Assembly: GCA_031962025.1 (NCBI GenBank)
Contig: JAVRKW010000001.1
Strand: one strand, 5' to 3'
Source: Pseudothermotoga sp.
GTDB taxonomy: Bacteria > Thermotogota > Thermotogae > Thermotogales > DSM-5069
Length of the DNA stretch: 64,000 bases
Shown here: positions 1 through 9,372 of the stretch, one piece after another
Layout of the letters: every line of letters starts with the position of its first letter
How positions within the stretch are numbered: the stretch's first letter is position 1
Translations under genes and position numbers: made by a program
The notes under the pieces: generated by a model
Databases searched by the model: none
What the model was told of the DNA's origin: nothing
What the model saw: the letters and a program-made list of their open reading frames with translations, nothing else

Positions 1-84
1 GAAAAAGCCATTGAGGAAATCAAGAAGTGTTCCGGAACACAGTTCAATCCAGATGTGGTGAAAGTCTTCATCTCTATTATCTGA
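1..84 (+). CDS. 3' end of probable HD-GYP domain protein (partial)
   Basis: Frame 1 reads EKAIEEIKKCSGTQFNPDVVKVFISII*, resembling the HD-GYP C-terminal G.QFDP.VV..F motif. Confidence 0.6.
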   Translation, partial: EKAIEEIKKCSGTQFNPDVVKVFISII

Positions 85-222
85 TCTGGAAATTTTCTTT
101 GATCCAATCAGTGAATCTAACCTTTTTTTCACAAATATGCAAACGTTTTGTGCCTTAACCTTTCTCATTTCTATTCTTCCAAGTGGTATAAGTAAAGATA
201 AGGTTTATCAGGAGGCGATGAT

Positions 223-1941
223 ATGAGTAGAAGTGTGATCATCGATGGGTCAGTGATATACACGAACTACAGTCAGATAATAGGTCAAAAGGGTTTTGAA
301 TTGCTTTTGAAAGAATTTGTCGATATTCTCAAAGATAAATCAAGCCCATTACTCAACGCTCTCAATGCTTTTAAAGTCAACAGCGACTACGATTTACATC
401 GATTTGTAGAATATCTTCATCTTTTGACGATGAGAAACATCAAAGAGATCACCAACATAATTTATTATGTGAACCCAAAAGAACTTGAACGTTTCATAGA
501 AGCCTTCTACACTTTCTGGCGTTCAAAACACAGGTTCATGGTTCGACAGGAGAAATACGTTGAAGATTACAATAGAAGAGCAAGTATTGAATACACAATG
601 ACCATGGCAGGTGACCAGTTTAAAGCTGTCATAAAAAACTTATACAGAGAAATCATGATGAATGTTTCAAATACGTTCCCAACGGTGATGAGACAGCTCC
701 CGAGTGGAGCGCAGGTAATGTTTTTAGTTGAAGAACCTAATACAGAGAAATATCAAGAATATCAGTGGATGTTGAAGATTCCAACGGTATGGGGGGCAAT
801 CTTCGATCCTCCTGCGATATTCTACACAAAATCGAACAAGAGAAAAGGCGTCCTGCCGGTAGTTGATGACACAATACTCGACAAAATAACACTCGAACCG
901 GGTGAATGGTATAGATTCACGATCTTTGTTCGAGATTTACTTTTCTACAACTTTGTTCATGCCGAATATCTTGCACATGGTGCTGGACTTGCCAATTTGT
1001 TCGAACTTGCCACTCCAAAAGATCTGAAGCACAGAGAACCCGATGGAATACTCATATTCGGTCTGCCAACCAGCAGGATACCGAACTACACTGATAAATG
1101 GCGCAATGGTGTGATATTCAAGGACAAAAATCGATATGTTGGTGTCATACCAGCACTTGATGAAAACGATTACTTTGGGTATATGAAGAAAACCACCCTG
1201 ACAATTCATAATTTAATAAAGATCGATCATGGTAAGCTCCCAATACATGGTTCAATGGCAAAAATCACTCTGAAGAACGGTAAGAGTGTCGTGGCGATGT
1301 TTGTTGGAGACAGTGGTGCCGGAAAAAGTGAGACGCTCGATGCACTCAACAGACTGGAAGAAGTGGCTCAAGTCGATACTATCATTGACGACATGGGAAG
1401 CCTTTCAATAATAGATGGACATGTTTTCGCCTTTGGTACAGAAACAGGCGCTTTTGTCAGGCTTGATGATCTGCCTCCGGGATTTGCTTATTCCACGATG
1501 GACAGAAGCATATTCATGAATCCGGACCAAGTCAATGCACGTGTGATAGTGCCGTTCAACAATTACAACGAAGTTATCACACCAACACGTATAGATTTCT
1601 TTCTGTACGCTAACAATTACACAGAAGTATATAAGGATGAAGATCGCATTATCTTCTTTGACAATATCGAAGATGCACTGAAGGTTTTCTCCGAAGGAAA
1701 AAGGATGAGCAAAGGCACGACCTCTGAAACGGGTCTGATGACATCTTATTTTGCCAACCCATTCGGAGCTGTTCAACGGCAGAAGGAGCACCACAAGATA
1801 GCTGAACATTTCATGAAAAAAATGTTTGAAACAGGAGTAAAGGTCGGGGAAATAAGAACAATGCTTGGCGTTGAAGGCTATGAAAAAGAAGGCACAATGT
1901 TAGCAGCCAAGGCGCTTTTGAAAGTAATTGAACAGATCTGA
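223..1941 (+). CDS. PEP carboxykinase-like P-loop protein
   Basis: 572 aa; GYMKK, LPIHGSM, Walker A GDSGAGKSET, IIDDMG and NARV motifs occur in ATP-PEPCK order; RBS ggagg. Confidence 0.6.
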   Translation: MSRSVIIDGSVIYTNYSQIIGQKGFELLLKEFVDILKDKSSPLLNALNAFKVNSDYDLHRFVEYLHLLTMRNIKEITNIIYYVNPKELERFIEAFYTFWRSKHRFMVRQEKYVEDYNRRASIEYTMTMAGDQFKAVIKNLYREIMMNVSNTFPTVMRQLPSGAQVMFLVEEPNTEKYQEYQWMLKIPTVWGAIFDPPAIFYTKSNKRKGVLPVVDDTILDKITLEPGEWYRFTIFVRDLLFYNFVHAEYLAHGAGLANLFELATPKDLKHREPDGILIFGLPTSRIPNYTDKWRNGVIFKDKNRYVGVIPALDENDYFGYMKKTTLTIHNLIKIDHGKLPIHGSMAKITLKNGKSVVAMFVGDSGAGKSETLDALNRLEEVAQVDTIIDDMGSLSIIDGHVFAFGTETGAFVRLDDLPPGFAYSTMDRSIFMNPDQVNARVIVPFNNYNEVITPTRIDFFLYANNYTEVYKDEDRIIFFDNIEDALKVFSEGKRMSKGTTSETGLMTSYFANPFGAVQRQKEHHKIAEHFMKKMFETGVKVGEIRTMLGVEGYEKEGTMLAAKALLKVIEQI

Positions 1942-1945
1942 TCGG

Positions 1946-2635
1946 CTATCTTGTAGAAAACCCAACCAGCAATATGAAGCAGAGCACAACGATTCCAGCA
2001 CAGATAAGTGCAACAGCTTTCCACGCAAAAGCAATCGATTTTTTCCAGAAACTGTAAGCAGGTCTGGGAGTTATTACACGTCCAAGTACCATTCCTGTTA
2101 TGAAGCCGCCGATATGTGCGGCGTTGTTTATATTACTGCCCGGAATAAGACCGTAGATTATGTTAAAAATTATCATCGGGAAAAGTGCGTAACCTGTGAG
2201 CTGGCGCATGAAAAAGGGTGTATCACGTCTAAAACCCAGTGCAAAGAGCATGCCAACCAGTCCAAATATTGCCCCACTCGCCCCTACAGATATTGCACGA
2301 TAATAGAAAAAATGCGTTGCAAGATTTCCAGCCACACCTGTCAAAAAATAGGCAAAGACAAATTTCTCTACACCGTAAACCGATTCAACTATGCTGCCAA
2401 AATAAAAGAGTGCATATGAATTGAAAAGCAGATGCAAAAAACCACCGTGAACGAAAATAGCTGTGACTAATCTGTACCATTCGCCATTGCTCACCAAAGG
2501 TCCATATTGTGCACCGAACCTAATATACAGATAAGCTTGATTCGACAAACTTGAAAAATTCTGAACAAAAAACATCAGTACCACAACAGCTACGTTTATT
2601 CCCAAAATTAGATAGGTTACTTTCCATTGCTTCAA
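1946..2635 (-). CDS. Rhomboid family intramembrane serine protease
   Basis: WYRLVTAIFVH..HLLFN, GASG and AHIGG motifs. Confidence 0.93.
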   Translation of the reverse strand: MKQWKVTYLILGINVAVVVLMFFVQNFSSLSNQAYLYIRFGAQYGPLVSNGEWYRLVTAIFVHGGFLHLLFNSYALFYFGSIVESVYGVEKFVFAYFLTGVAGNLATHFFYYRAISVGASGAIFGLVGMLFALGFRRDTPFFMRQLTGYALFPMIIFNIIYGLIPGSNINNAAHIGGFITGMVLGRVITPRPAYSFWKKSIAFAWKAVALICAGIVVLCFILLVGFSTR

Positions 2636-2780
2636 CTACTACACCTCCATATTCATTATAAACCATGATTTCATCCAATCAGACCATTTGAAAATCACAA
2701 TTCAAGACAAAGGCAAAATTTCTGAGACAGAACTAGTTGATTAATTTCGCTAAATACAATTTTTCAGCTTATCACACTCT

Positions 2781-2809
2781 TTGACAGTCTGAAACTTAAA
2801 TGATATAAT
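2781..2809 (+). promoter_or_regulatory. Consensus sigma70 promoter of the liv operon
   Basis: TTGACA(2781)-17 nt-TATAAT(2804) with extended -10 TG. Confidence 0.8.
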
Positions 2810-2917
2810 TGAAAAAGTCGAGAAAAAAATCACACAACAATGAGAAGAAATGTTTTCAAATGTTTTCAAAAGTATAATACGATTCCACATTCTTTTAAAA
2901 GGGGAGGCGATGTAGAG

Positions 2918-4162
2918 ATGAAAAGGTTGCTGGTGATTTTAGCGGTCCTGCTGGCTTTCACAGTACTTGCAGAAGAAGTTGTAAAAATTGGAGCTATTTT
3001 CCCGTTGACTGGACCTGCTGCGGCGACAGGTGTGAAGATCAAGTACGCAATCGAAGTGGCACAGGAAATCATCAACGGTGAACATCCTGAAATCGAGTTA
3101 CTGCTGGGAAAAAGCGCAGGGTTACCCAATCTCAATGGTGCCAAGGTTCAGTTTGTTTTTGCAGATCACCAGGCAAATCCAGAACTTGCCATGGCGGAAG
3201 CAGAGAGGTTGATCAGAAACGAAGGCGTCGTTGCTTTGATAGGATGTTATCATTCATCGGCTACAAAACCGGCAAGTCAGGTGGCTGAAAAATACGGGAT
3301 CCCGTTTATTGCTGGTTCTTCAAGTTCAGCCGCTCTCACTGAAAGAGGTTTGCAATGGTTTTTCAGAATCGCTCCACATGATGGTATGGAAACTGTGTTT
3401 TTCTTTGAATACCTCAAATATCTGAACCAGAAATACAACGCGAACATAAAGAGAGTAGCGGTGGTTTACATCGATAATGAGTATGGCGTGCATGCTGCAC
3501 AGATGGTGAAAGAAAAGATAAAAGATTACCAGGCGGATGGTTTCAGCATTGTCGCCGATGTGAAATACCCGGCAAATGCGACTAACGTAGATATTGAAGT
3601 TCAGAAAATCAAAGGTGCAAAACCAGATGCCATATTCCATGCATCTTATATTGGCGATATGACCATGTTCGTTAAAAAATACAAAGAATTCAACGTTGTA
3701 CCAAAAGTTGTACTTTCCTACTGTGGTGGATATCAAGATCCACAGTTTGTAGTTAACCTTGGAAAAGATGCCGATTATTTTGCTGGTCCAAATGCGACCA
3801 CATCTGCTCTGTTCAAGAAAATGCCATTATTGGCTAAGATCAACGAGATGTACAAAGCAAAATCTGGATTAGATATCGATGGTCCGACGCTTGAGGATTT
3901 TGCTTCAGCTATTGTTATAGCGGAAGCGATCAATTTAGCAGGTTCCACCGATCCACAGAAGATCTTGAACGTTCTAAAAACCTCAACTTTCATGGCTCCT
4001 TATTTTGTCTCTGGAAGGATAAAATTTGGCCCAGATGGTCAGAACATCTACTCTGCTTCCGTTATGACCCAGATCCTCAATGGTGTATATGAAGCAGTCT
4101 GGCCAGAACAATATCAAACTAAGGAGCCTGTACCACAATTCCCAGAATGGAATAAAAGATGA
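2918..4162 (+). CDS. Branched-chain amino acid ABC transporter substrate-binding protein
   Basis: Signal peptide MKRLLVILAVLL after RBS ggggagg; KIGAIFPLTG and GCYHSS motifs; start moved from 2840 to 2918. Confidence 0.9.
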   Translation: MKRLLVILAVLLAFTVLAEEVVKIGAIFPLTGPAAATGVKIKYAIEVAQEIINGEHPEIELLLGKSAGLPNLNGAKVQFVFADHQANPELAMAEAERLIRNEGVVALIGCYHSSATKPASQVAEKYGIPFIAGSSSSAALTERGLQWFFRIAPHDGMETVFFFEYLKYLNQKYNANIKRVAVVYIDNEYGVHAAQMVKEKIKDYQADGFSIVADVKYPANATNVDIEVQKIKGAKPDAIFHASYIGDMTMFVKKYKEFNVVPKVVLSYCGGYQDPQFVVNLGKDADYFAGPNATTSALFKKMPLLAKINEMYKAKSGLDIDGPTLEDFASAIVIAEAINLAGSTDPQKILNVLKTSTFMAPYFVSGRIKFGPDGQNIYSASVMTQILNGVYEAVWPEQYQTKEPVPQFPEWNKR

Positions 4163-4193
4163 ATTCAAAGGGGGCGCAAGCTCCCTTTGAATT
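4162..4193 (+). terminator. Intergenic stem-loop after the substrate-binding protein gene
   Basis: aattcaaagggggc-gcaa-gctccctttgaatt inverted repeat. Confidence 0.7.
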
Positions 4194-4232
4194 TAAGTTT
4201 GTGGAAGTCAAAACCTGCCAAAGAGGGGATGA

Positions 4233-5090
4233 ATGATGCTCTTGCAAGTTCTTCTGACTGGCGCACTTGTGGGTTCTGTATACTCGCTTGTAGCGGTTGG
4301 CTTAACACTTGTATGGGGCTTGATGGACATTATAAATTTCGCTCATGGTGATATGATGATGATATCCATGTACGTTGTCTTTTGGCTTTATACGCTTTTG
4401 AAATTTGATCCGCTTATTTCTCTACCGATATCCGCTGGTATTACGGCTCTTTTGGGTATCTTAATCTATAAACTCGTGATCAAGCGTGTGGTTAACGCAC
4501 CTGGCTTGATGGCACTTCTTGCCACTTTCGGATTGAGTCTTTTCATAAGAAACTTTGCACAATTTTTGTGGACTCCAAACTACAGATTCGTCGGCGAATC
4601 AATTCTCTCGGGTAAAAGAATTCTTCTTGCGGATTTAGTAATAGGTTTGCCACAACTGATAGCGGCTCTGGGAAGTATCACGATGACACTATTGATAGCC
4701 TTATTCATAAAGAAAACCAAAACCGGCAGGGCGATACAAGCAACTGCTCAAAGCAGGGATATTGCCGAGCTGATGGGTGTGAATACCGAAAGAGTTTATG
4801 CGATAACATTTGCTTTATCTGGTATATGCGTCGGCGTTGCTGGGACACTTCTTTCGGGCATTTTTCCAGTTTATCCCGAATCTGGTGCAATGTACGGGTT
4901 ACTCGCCTTTGTTATAGTTGCTCTTGGAGGTTTTGGAAATATTTGGGGTGCGTTCTATGCCGGAATTCTCATTGGTCTTACAGAAGCTGTGGGAGGATTT
5001 TACCTGGGTACACAGTTTAAATACGCTCTGGCTTTTCTCATATATCTTCTGGTTCTTCAGTTTAAGCCCAAGGGCTTATTCGGGTGGTGA
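4233..5090 (+). CDS. livH: Branched-chain amino acid ABC permease
   Basis: GLTLVWG..IINFAHG and TKTGRAIQA motifs. Confidence 0.88.
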   Translation: MMLLQVLLTGALVGSVYSLVAVGLTLVWGLMDIINFAHGDMMMISMYVVFWLYTLLKFDPLISLPISAGITALLGILIYKLVIKRVVNAPGLMALLATFGLSLFIRNFAQFLWTPNYRFVGESILSGKRILLADLVIGLPQLIAALGSITMTLLIALFIKKTKTGRAIQATAQSRDIAELMGVNTERVYAITFALSGICVGVAGTLLSGIFPVYPESGAMYGLLAFVIVALGGFGNIWGAFYAGILIGLTEAVGGFYLGTQFKYALAFLIYLLVLQFKPKGLFGW

Positions 5091-5098
5091 GCAGAATA

Positions 5099-6067
5099 AT
5101 GAGAAATCCCGTGCTTTATGTGATTTTTGCAATCATTCTGGTTCTTCCATTTGTTTTTCAAAATGTGAATTTTCAGCATATCATGATAATGTTTTTGATT
5201 TTTGCCGGACTCGGTGAAGGCTGGAACATAATAACTGGTTTTGCCGGTCAAACTTCCTTCGGTCACGCTGCTTTTTTTGGAATAGGTGCTTACACGTCAA
5301 CGGTGCTGTTTTACAGATTTGGTATCTCTCCATGGATCGGGATGATCCTTGGCGCACTGTTTGCCGCGTTGATTTCTTTGGTTGTTAGCTATCCCTGTTT
5401 TCGCCTGAAAGGACATTATTTTGCCATAGCAACACTTGCTGTTGCGGAAATCATAAAACAGCTCTTTGTGAGTTGGGACTATGTGGAAGGTGCAACGGGA
5501 ATATCTATTCCTGTAAAGCCTGATAGTTTCTGGATGATGCAGTTTCATAAATCAAAAATACCGTACTTTTTGATTGCATACATACTGTTTTTGATGAGTA
5601 TCCTCATAGCAATCTTGATTGAAAAAAACAAAATGGGATATTATCTGAAAGCAATACGCGAGAGCCATGAGGCTGCAGAGGCTCTGGGAATAAATACCTC
5701 ACGTTACAAGTTATATGCAATGATGATCAGTTCAGCTGTTACAGCTTTATTTGGTACGCTCTATGCTCAGTATATCCTTTATATAGATCCATTTATGGTT
5801 TTTGGACTGGATATATCCATGAAAATAGTTTTATTAACGGTACTTGGAGGTCTTGGGAGCGTTTATGGTCCAATCATCGGCGCTGCAATTCTCATACCGC
5901 TCTCTGAATACACACGGTCCTTTCTGGGCGGGACTGGTAAGGGTATAGATCTGATGATTTATGGGGCTCTGATAGTTGTGATTGCATGCTTTGAACCTCG
6001 AGGTGTACTGGGGTTATTCACAAGATCCAAAAAGAGAGGTGCACAGTATGCCAAAACCACTGCTTGA
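5099..6067 (+). CDS. livM: Branched-chain amino acid ABC permease
   Basis: WNIITGFAGQTSFGHAAFFGIGAY and RLKGHYFAIATLA motifs. Confidence 0.88.
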   Translation: MRNPVLYVIFAIILVLPFVFQNVNFQHIMIMFLIFAGLGEGWNIITGFAGQTSFGHAAFFGIGAYTSTVLFYRFGISPWIGMILGALFAALISLVVSYPCFRLKGHYFAIATLAVAEIIKQLFVSWDYVEGATGISIPVKPDSFWMMQFHKSKIPYFLIAYILFLMSILIAILIEKNKMGYYLKAIRESHEAAEALGINTSRYKLYAMMISSAVTALFGTLYAQYILYIDPFMVFGLDISMKIVLLTVLGGLGSVYGPIIGAAILIPLSEYTRSFLGGTGKGIDLMIYGALIVVIACFEPRGVLGLFTRSKKRGAQYAKTTA

Positions 6068-6803
6068 AGTCCAGGGTGTGACGATGAAATTCGGTAGTCT
6101 GATTGCAAATGATAACGTTTCATTTGTGGTGAATGAAAAAGAAATAGTCAGTCTGATAGGTCCGAACGGCGCCGGTAAAACGACTCTTTTCAATTGTATC
6201 AGTGGCTTTTATAAACCTTTCTCTGGAAGAGTTATTTTTGATGGAAAAGATATAACCGGTAAGAGTGCTCATGAAATTGCCTCGATGGGTTTAACCAGAA
6301 CCTTTCAAATAGTAAAACCATTGAATGAGATGACTGTGAGGGAAAATGTCTTAACAGGTGCATTTCTCCATGCAAATAGCAGAAAAGAAGCCGAAAATAT
6401 AGTGGATCAGGTTCTGCACATGACACATCTTTGGGATAAAAGGGAGATGTTAGCCGGGAGCCTGACAATAGCCGATAAAAAAAGACTTGAAATTGCAAGA
6501 ATGCTTGCAACAAAACCAAGAATGATAATGCTCGACGAAGCTATGGCTGGGTTGAACCAAACAGAAGTCAAAGAGGCAATGGAACTGTGTGTAAACCTCA
6601 ATAAAAGTGGAATAACACTCTTGATCGTCGAACATGTAATGGAAGCCATTATGCCCATTTCAAACAGGGTTGTAGTGCTGAATGCCGGTAAAAAGATCGC
6701 AGAAGGTAGTCCAGAACAGATAATAAACAATGAGGAAGTCATAAAGGCTTATTTAGGGGAGAGATACTATGCTAAAAGTCGACAGAATAACAGCGGGATA
6801 TAA
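6048..6803 (+). CDS. livG: Branched-chain amino acid ABC ATP-binding protein
   Basis: GPNGAGKT, RTFQ, LDE and AYLG motifs; ATG at 6048 with RBS gaggt. Confidence 0.9.
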   Translation: MPKPLLEVQGVTMKFGSLIANDNVSFVVNEKEIVSLIGPNGAGKTTLFNCISGFYKPFSGRVIFDGKDITGKSAHEIASMGLTRTFQIVKPLNEMTVRENVLTGAFLHANSRKEAENIVDQVLHMTHLWDKREMLAGSLTIADKKRLEIARMLATKPRMIMLDEAMAGLNQTEVKEAMELCVNLNKSGITLLIVEHVMEAIMPISNRVVVLNAGKKIAEGSPEQIINNEEVIKAYLGERYYAKSRQNNSGI

Positions 6804-7476
6804 CGGTGTACCTGTCATTTTTGATGTTTCCTTCAGCGTTGAAGAAGGAGAACTGGTCTCAATAGTTGGCTCCAACGGAGCTGGTAAGTCAACTATTCTC
6901 AGAACCATTTCTGGTCTTTTGAAACCATTTTCAGGTACGATTGAATTCATGGGCAAAAGGATAGATAAATTGCCGGCTCACCAGATTGTCAAACTTGGTA
7001 TAGCACATGTTCCAGAAGGTAGACATGTCTTTGGGAAGATGTCGGTGAAAGACAATTTGTTGATGGGTGCCTATACGATAAACGATCAAAATGAAGTTGA
7101 AAGACTTCTGGCAGAGGTGTACGAGCTATTTCCAAGGCTTAAGGAAAGAGAAAACCAGAAAGCCGAAACAATGTCAGGTGGAGAACAGCAAATGCTGGCT
7201 ATCGCAAGGGCACTGATGGCAAAACCAAAGTTGCTTTTGGTGGATGAAATGTCCTTAGGGTTAATGCCTCTGATGGTTGACAAGGTTCTTGAGGTACTCC
7301 AACGGGTCAACAGGGAAAAAGGTGTAACCGTGCTCATGGTTGAGCAGAAAATTCAGGAAGCACTGGAAATAGCAGACAAAGGATACATACTTCAGACTGG
7401 AAGAATAGTTGCCCATGGAACTGGTAAAGAATTACTTGAAAGCGATCATGTAAAAAAGGCATACCTTGGTATGTAA
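6769..7476 (+). CDS. livF: Branched-chain amino acid ABC ATP-binding protein
   Basis: GSNGAGKS, VPEGR and MSGGEQQMLA motifs. Confidence 0.9.
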   Translation: MLKVDRITAGYNGVPVIFDVSFSVEEGELVSIVGSNGAGKSTILRTISGLLKPFSGTIEFMGKRIDKLPAHQIVKLGIAHVPEGRHVFGKMSVKDNLLMGAYTINDQNEVERLLAEVYELFPRLKERENQKAETMSGGEQQMLAIARALMAKPKLLLVDEMSLGLMPLMVDKVLEVLQRVNREKGVTVLMVEQKIQEALEIADKGYILQTGRIVAHGTGKELLESDHVKKAYLGM

Positions 7477-7516
7477 AATGATAATGATATAGAATTGTAT
7501 TTGGGAGGTAGGCGAA

Positions 7517-8926
7517 ATGAAAGCCGATATCGGAGTTGTTGGTCTTGCGGTGATGGGACAGAATCTTGCTTTGAACATTGCAAGAAATGGTTATGCCGTG
7601 GCTGTTTACAACAGAACTGTTGAACGAACCAGGAAATTTGTTGAAGATAGAGTCAAAGGAGAAAAGATCATTCCATCTTTTGATATCCAGCATTTTGTCG
7701 AGTCTATTGAAAAACCAAGAAAAATAATCCTCATGGTAAAGGCAGGATCACCTGTTGATGAAGTGATCGAAGAGTTATTACCATACCTTGAAAAAGGTGA
7801 TCTGTTGATCGACGCTGGAAACTCTCATTATGCAGACACAAACAGAAGACTTGAAGAATTATCACATCAGGGAATTCTTTATTTGGGAATGGGTGTCTCA
7901 GGAGGAGAATACGGGGCATTGCATGGTCCATCGATAATGCCAGGTGGTAGCCTTGAAGCCTATAAAATGGTGGAAGATATTCTGGTGAAAATAGCCGCAA
8001 AGACAGAGGATGGACCCTGCTGCACCTACGTAGGGAATGGCTCAGCAGGACATTTTGTGAAGATGGTACACAATGGAATAGAATACTCCATAATGCAATC
8101 GATTTCTGAGGTTTATGACATAATGAGGAAAGTTTTGAAAATGAACAGTGCAGAAATCGGTCATGTATTTGAAGAATGGAATAAAGGTGAACTTGCCTCT
8201 TTTCTTGTGGAAATAACGTACAAAATCATGAGACATGTAGATGAGGAAACAAACAGACCATTGGTTGAATTAATACTCGACAAAGCAGAACAAAAAGGTA
8301 CTGGCAAGTGGACTGCTCAGGCAGCTCTTGATCTCGGTGTTCCAACACCGTCTTTGAATGTCGCCGTCTTTTCAAGAACTGTTTCTCATTTCAAAGAACA
8401 AAGAAAACAACTATCGAAGATCTTCGGAGAAAAAACAAGAATTCAAACGGACAGATCACTCATCAAAGACCTTGAAAAGTCACTGCTTTTTACGATGTTT
8501 CTTTCGTTTTCACAGGGTTTGTGGCTTATTCATGAAGCCTCGAATGCTTACAATTACGGTATAGATTTACTTGAAGTTCTGAGAATCTGGAAAGGCGGTT
8601 GTATTATAAGAGCTAAACTCTTAGATTTTCTCAGGAATATTCTCAAAGAAAATTCGGAAAATATCAACTTGCTTGCAAGCAATATTTCCATGGATTTTGT
8701 CAAAGAAAAACTTCATTCTGTTTTGAAAGTAAGTGCAGTTGCAAGAGAATCAGGCTTACCTACCCCTGTTTTAAACAATTCTATTGATTATCTGTTCAGC
8801 CTCACGGAAGAAAATTTACCTGCAAACCTGATACAGGCGCAGAGAGACTTTTTCGGAGCACATACTTTTGAAAGAATCGACAAAGAGGGGACCTTCCATG
8901 TTGAGTGGCAACAGTTAGAAAAATAA
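7517..8926 (+). CDS. gndA: NADP-dependent 6-phosphogluconate dehydrogenase
   Basis: GLAVMG, GHFVKMVHNGIEY and QAQRDFFGAH motifs. Confidence 0.96.
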   Translation: MKADIGVVGLAVMGQNLALNIARNGYAVAVYNRTVERTRKFVEDRVKGEKIIPSFDIQHFVESIEKPRKIILMVKAGSPVDEVIEELLPYLEKGDLLIDAGNSHYADTNRRLEELSHQGILYLGMGVSGGEYGALHGPSIMPGGSLEAYKMVEDILVKIAAKTEDGPCCTYVGNGSAGHFVKMVHNGIEYSIMQSISEVYDIMRKVLKMNSAEIGHVFEEWNKGELASFLVEITYKIMRHVDEETNRPLVELILDKAEQKGTGKWTAQAALDLGVPTPSLNVAVFSRTVSHFKEQRKQLSKIFGEKTRIQTDRSLIKDLEKSLLFTMFLSFSQGLWLIHEASNAYNYGIDLLEVLRIWKGGCIIRAKLLDFLRNILKENSENINLLASNISMDFVKEKLHSVLKVSAVARESGLPTPVLNNSIDYLFSLTEENLPANLIQAQRDFFGAHTFERIDKEGTFHVEWQQLEK

Positions 8927-8927
8927 G

Positions 8928-9343
8928 TTGACCTCCTCCCAATCCCCTAAATGGGATAGGATTCCCATTAAGGAGACTAGGCTTCCCGTTTCAACATGGT
9001 GTGACTTACCAGGATATAGGGATTGCCCCTAAATATCTTGGCAGTGGTCTCCCACTCCACGGGCTTTAATTCGGACCGGTCCAGCCCTACTGCTTTTAAC
9101 ATATTAATCGCAGAGTTTAAGTCTCTGTTGAGATTAATTTTTAGTTGATACACCACAGGTATTTGATTCTTTCTTTTTTCTTTAGTTTGCTGTAGTGTTT
9201 GTTTAATCTTTTCAGCTTTTGTCACCGTTTCAACTCTTCTATGAGACTTCTTGCTACTTTTATTATGCACATTCATTACCAGACTAACTTAAGCCATTCA
9301 TCACAATCCCATAAATGGAATGTGCTTTCTGGCTTGTTTTTTT
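8928..9343 (-). mobile_element. Non-autonomous IS200/IS605 (IS608-like) element
   Basis: Minus strand: TTAC target (9347-9344), AAAG plus hairpin at the left end, GAAT plus hairpin plus TCAA at the right end; removing it restores a perfect terminator. Confidence 0.85.
8977..9225 (-). pseudogene. tnpB: Internally deleted tnpB remnant
   Basis: A putative N-terminus (VTKAEKIKQTLQQ..VYQLKIN) is joined in frame to the RuvC-III-like NRDLNSAINML and the C-terminal tail; only about 82 aa. Confidence 0.75.
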
Positions 9344-9361
9344 GTAAGGCATCTGCCTTAC
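9344..9361. terminator. Remnant bidirectional terminator between gnd and the kinase
   Basis: gtaaggc-atct-gccttac hairpin. Confidence 0.65.
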
Positions 9362-9372
9362 CTTTAAAATGA

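Noticed and set aside
1928..2424. Plus-strand ORFs of 163 and 61 aa
   Set aside because: Antisense shadows of the rhomboid gene with no motifs. The same applies to the many other short overlapping ORFs in the track.
8977..9276. Functional TnpB/Cas12-like nuclease
   Set aside because: Under 100 aa, and RuvC-I/II and the zinc finger are absent.
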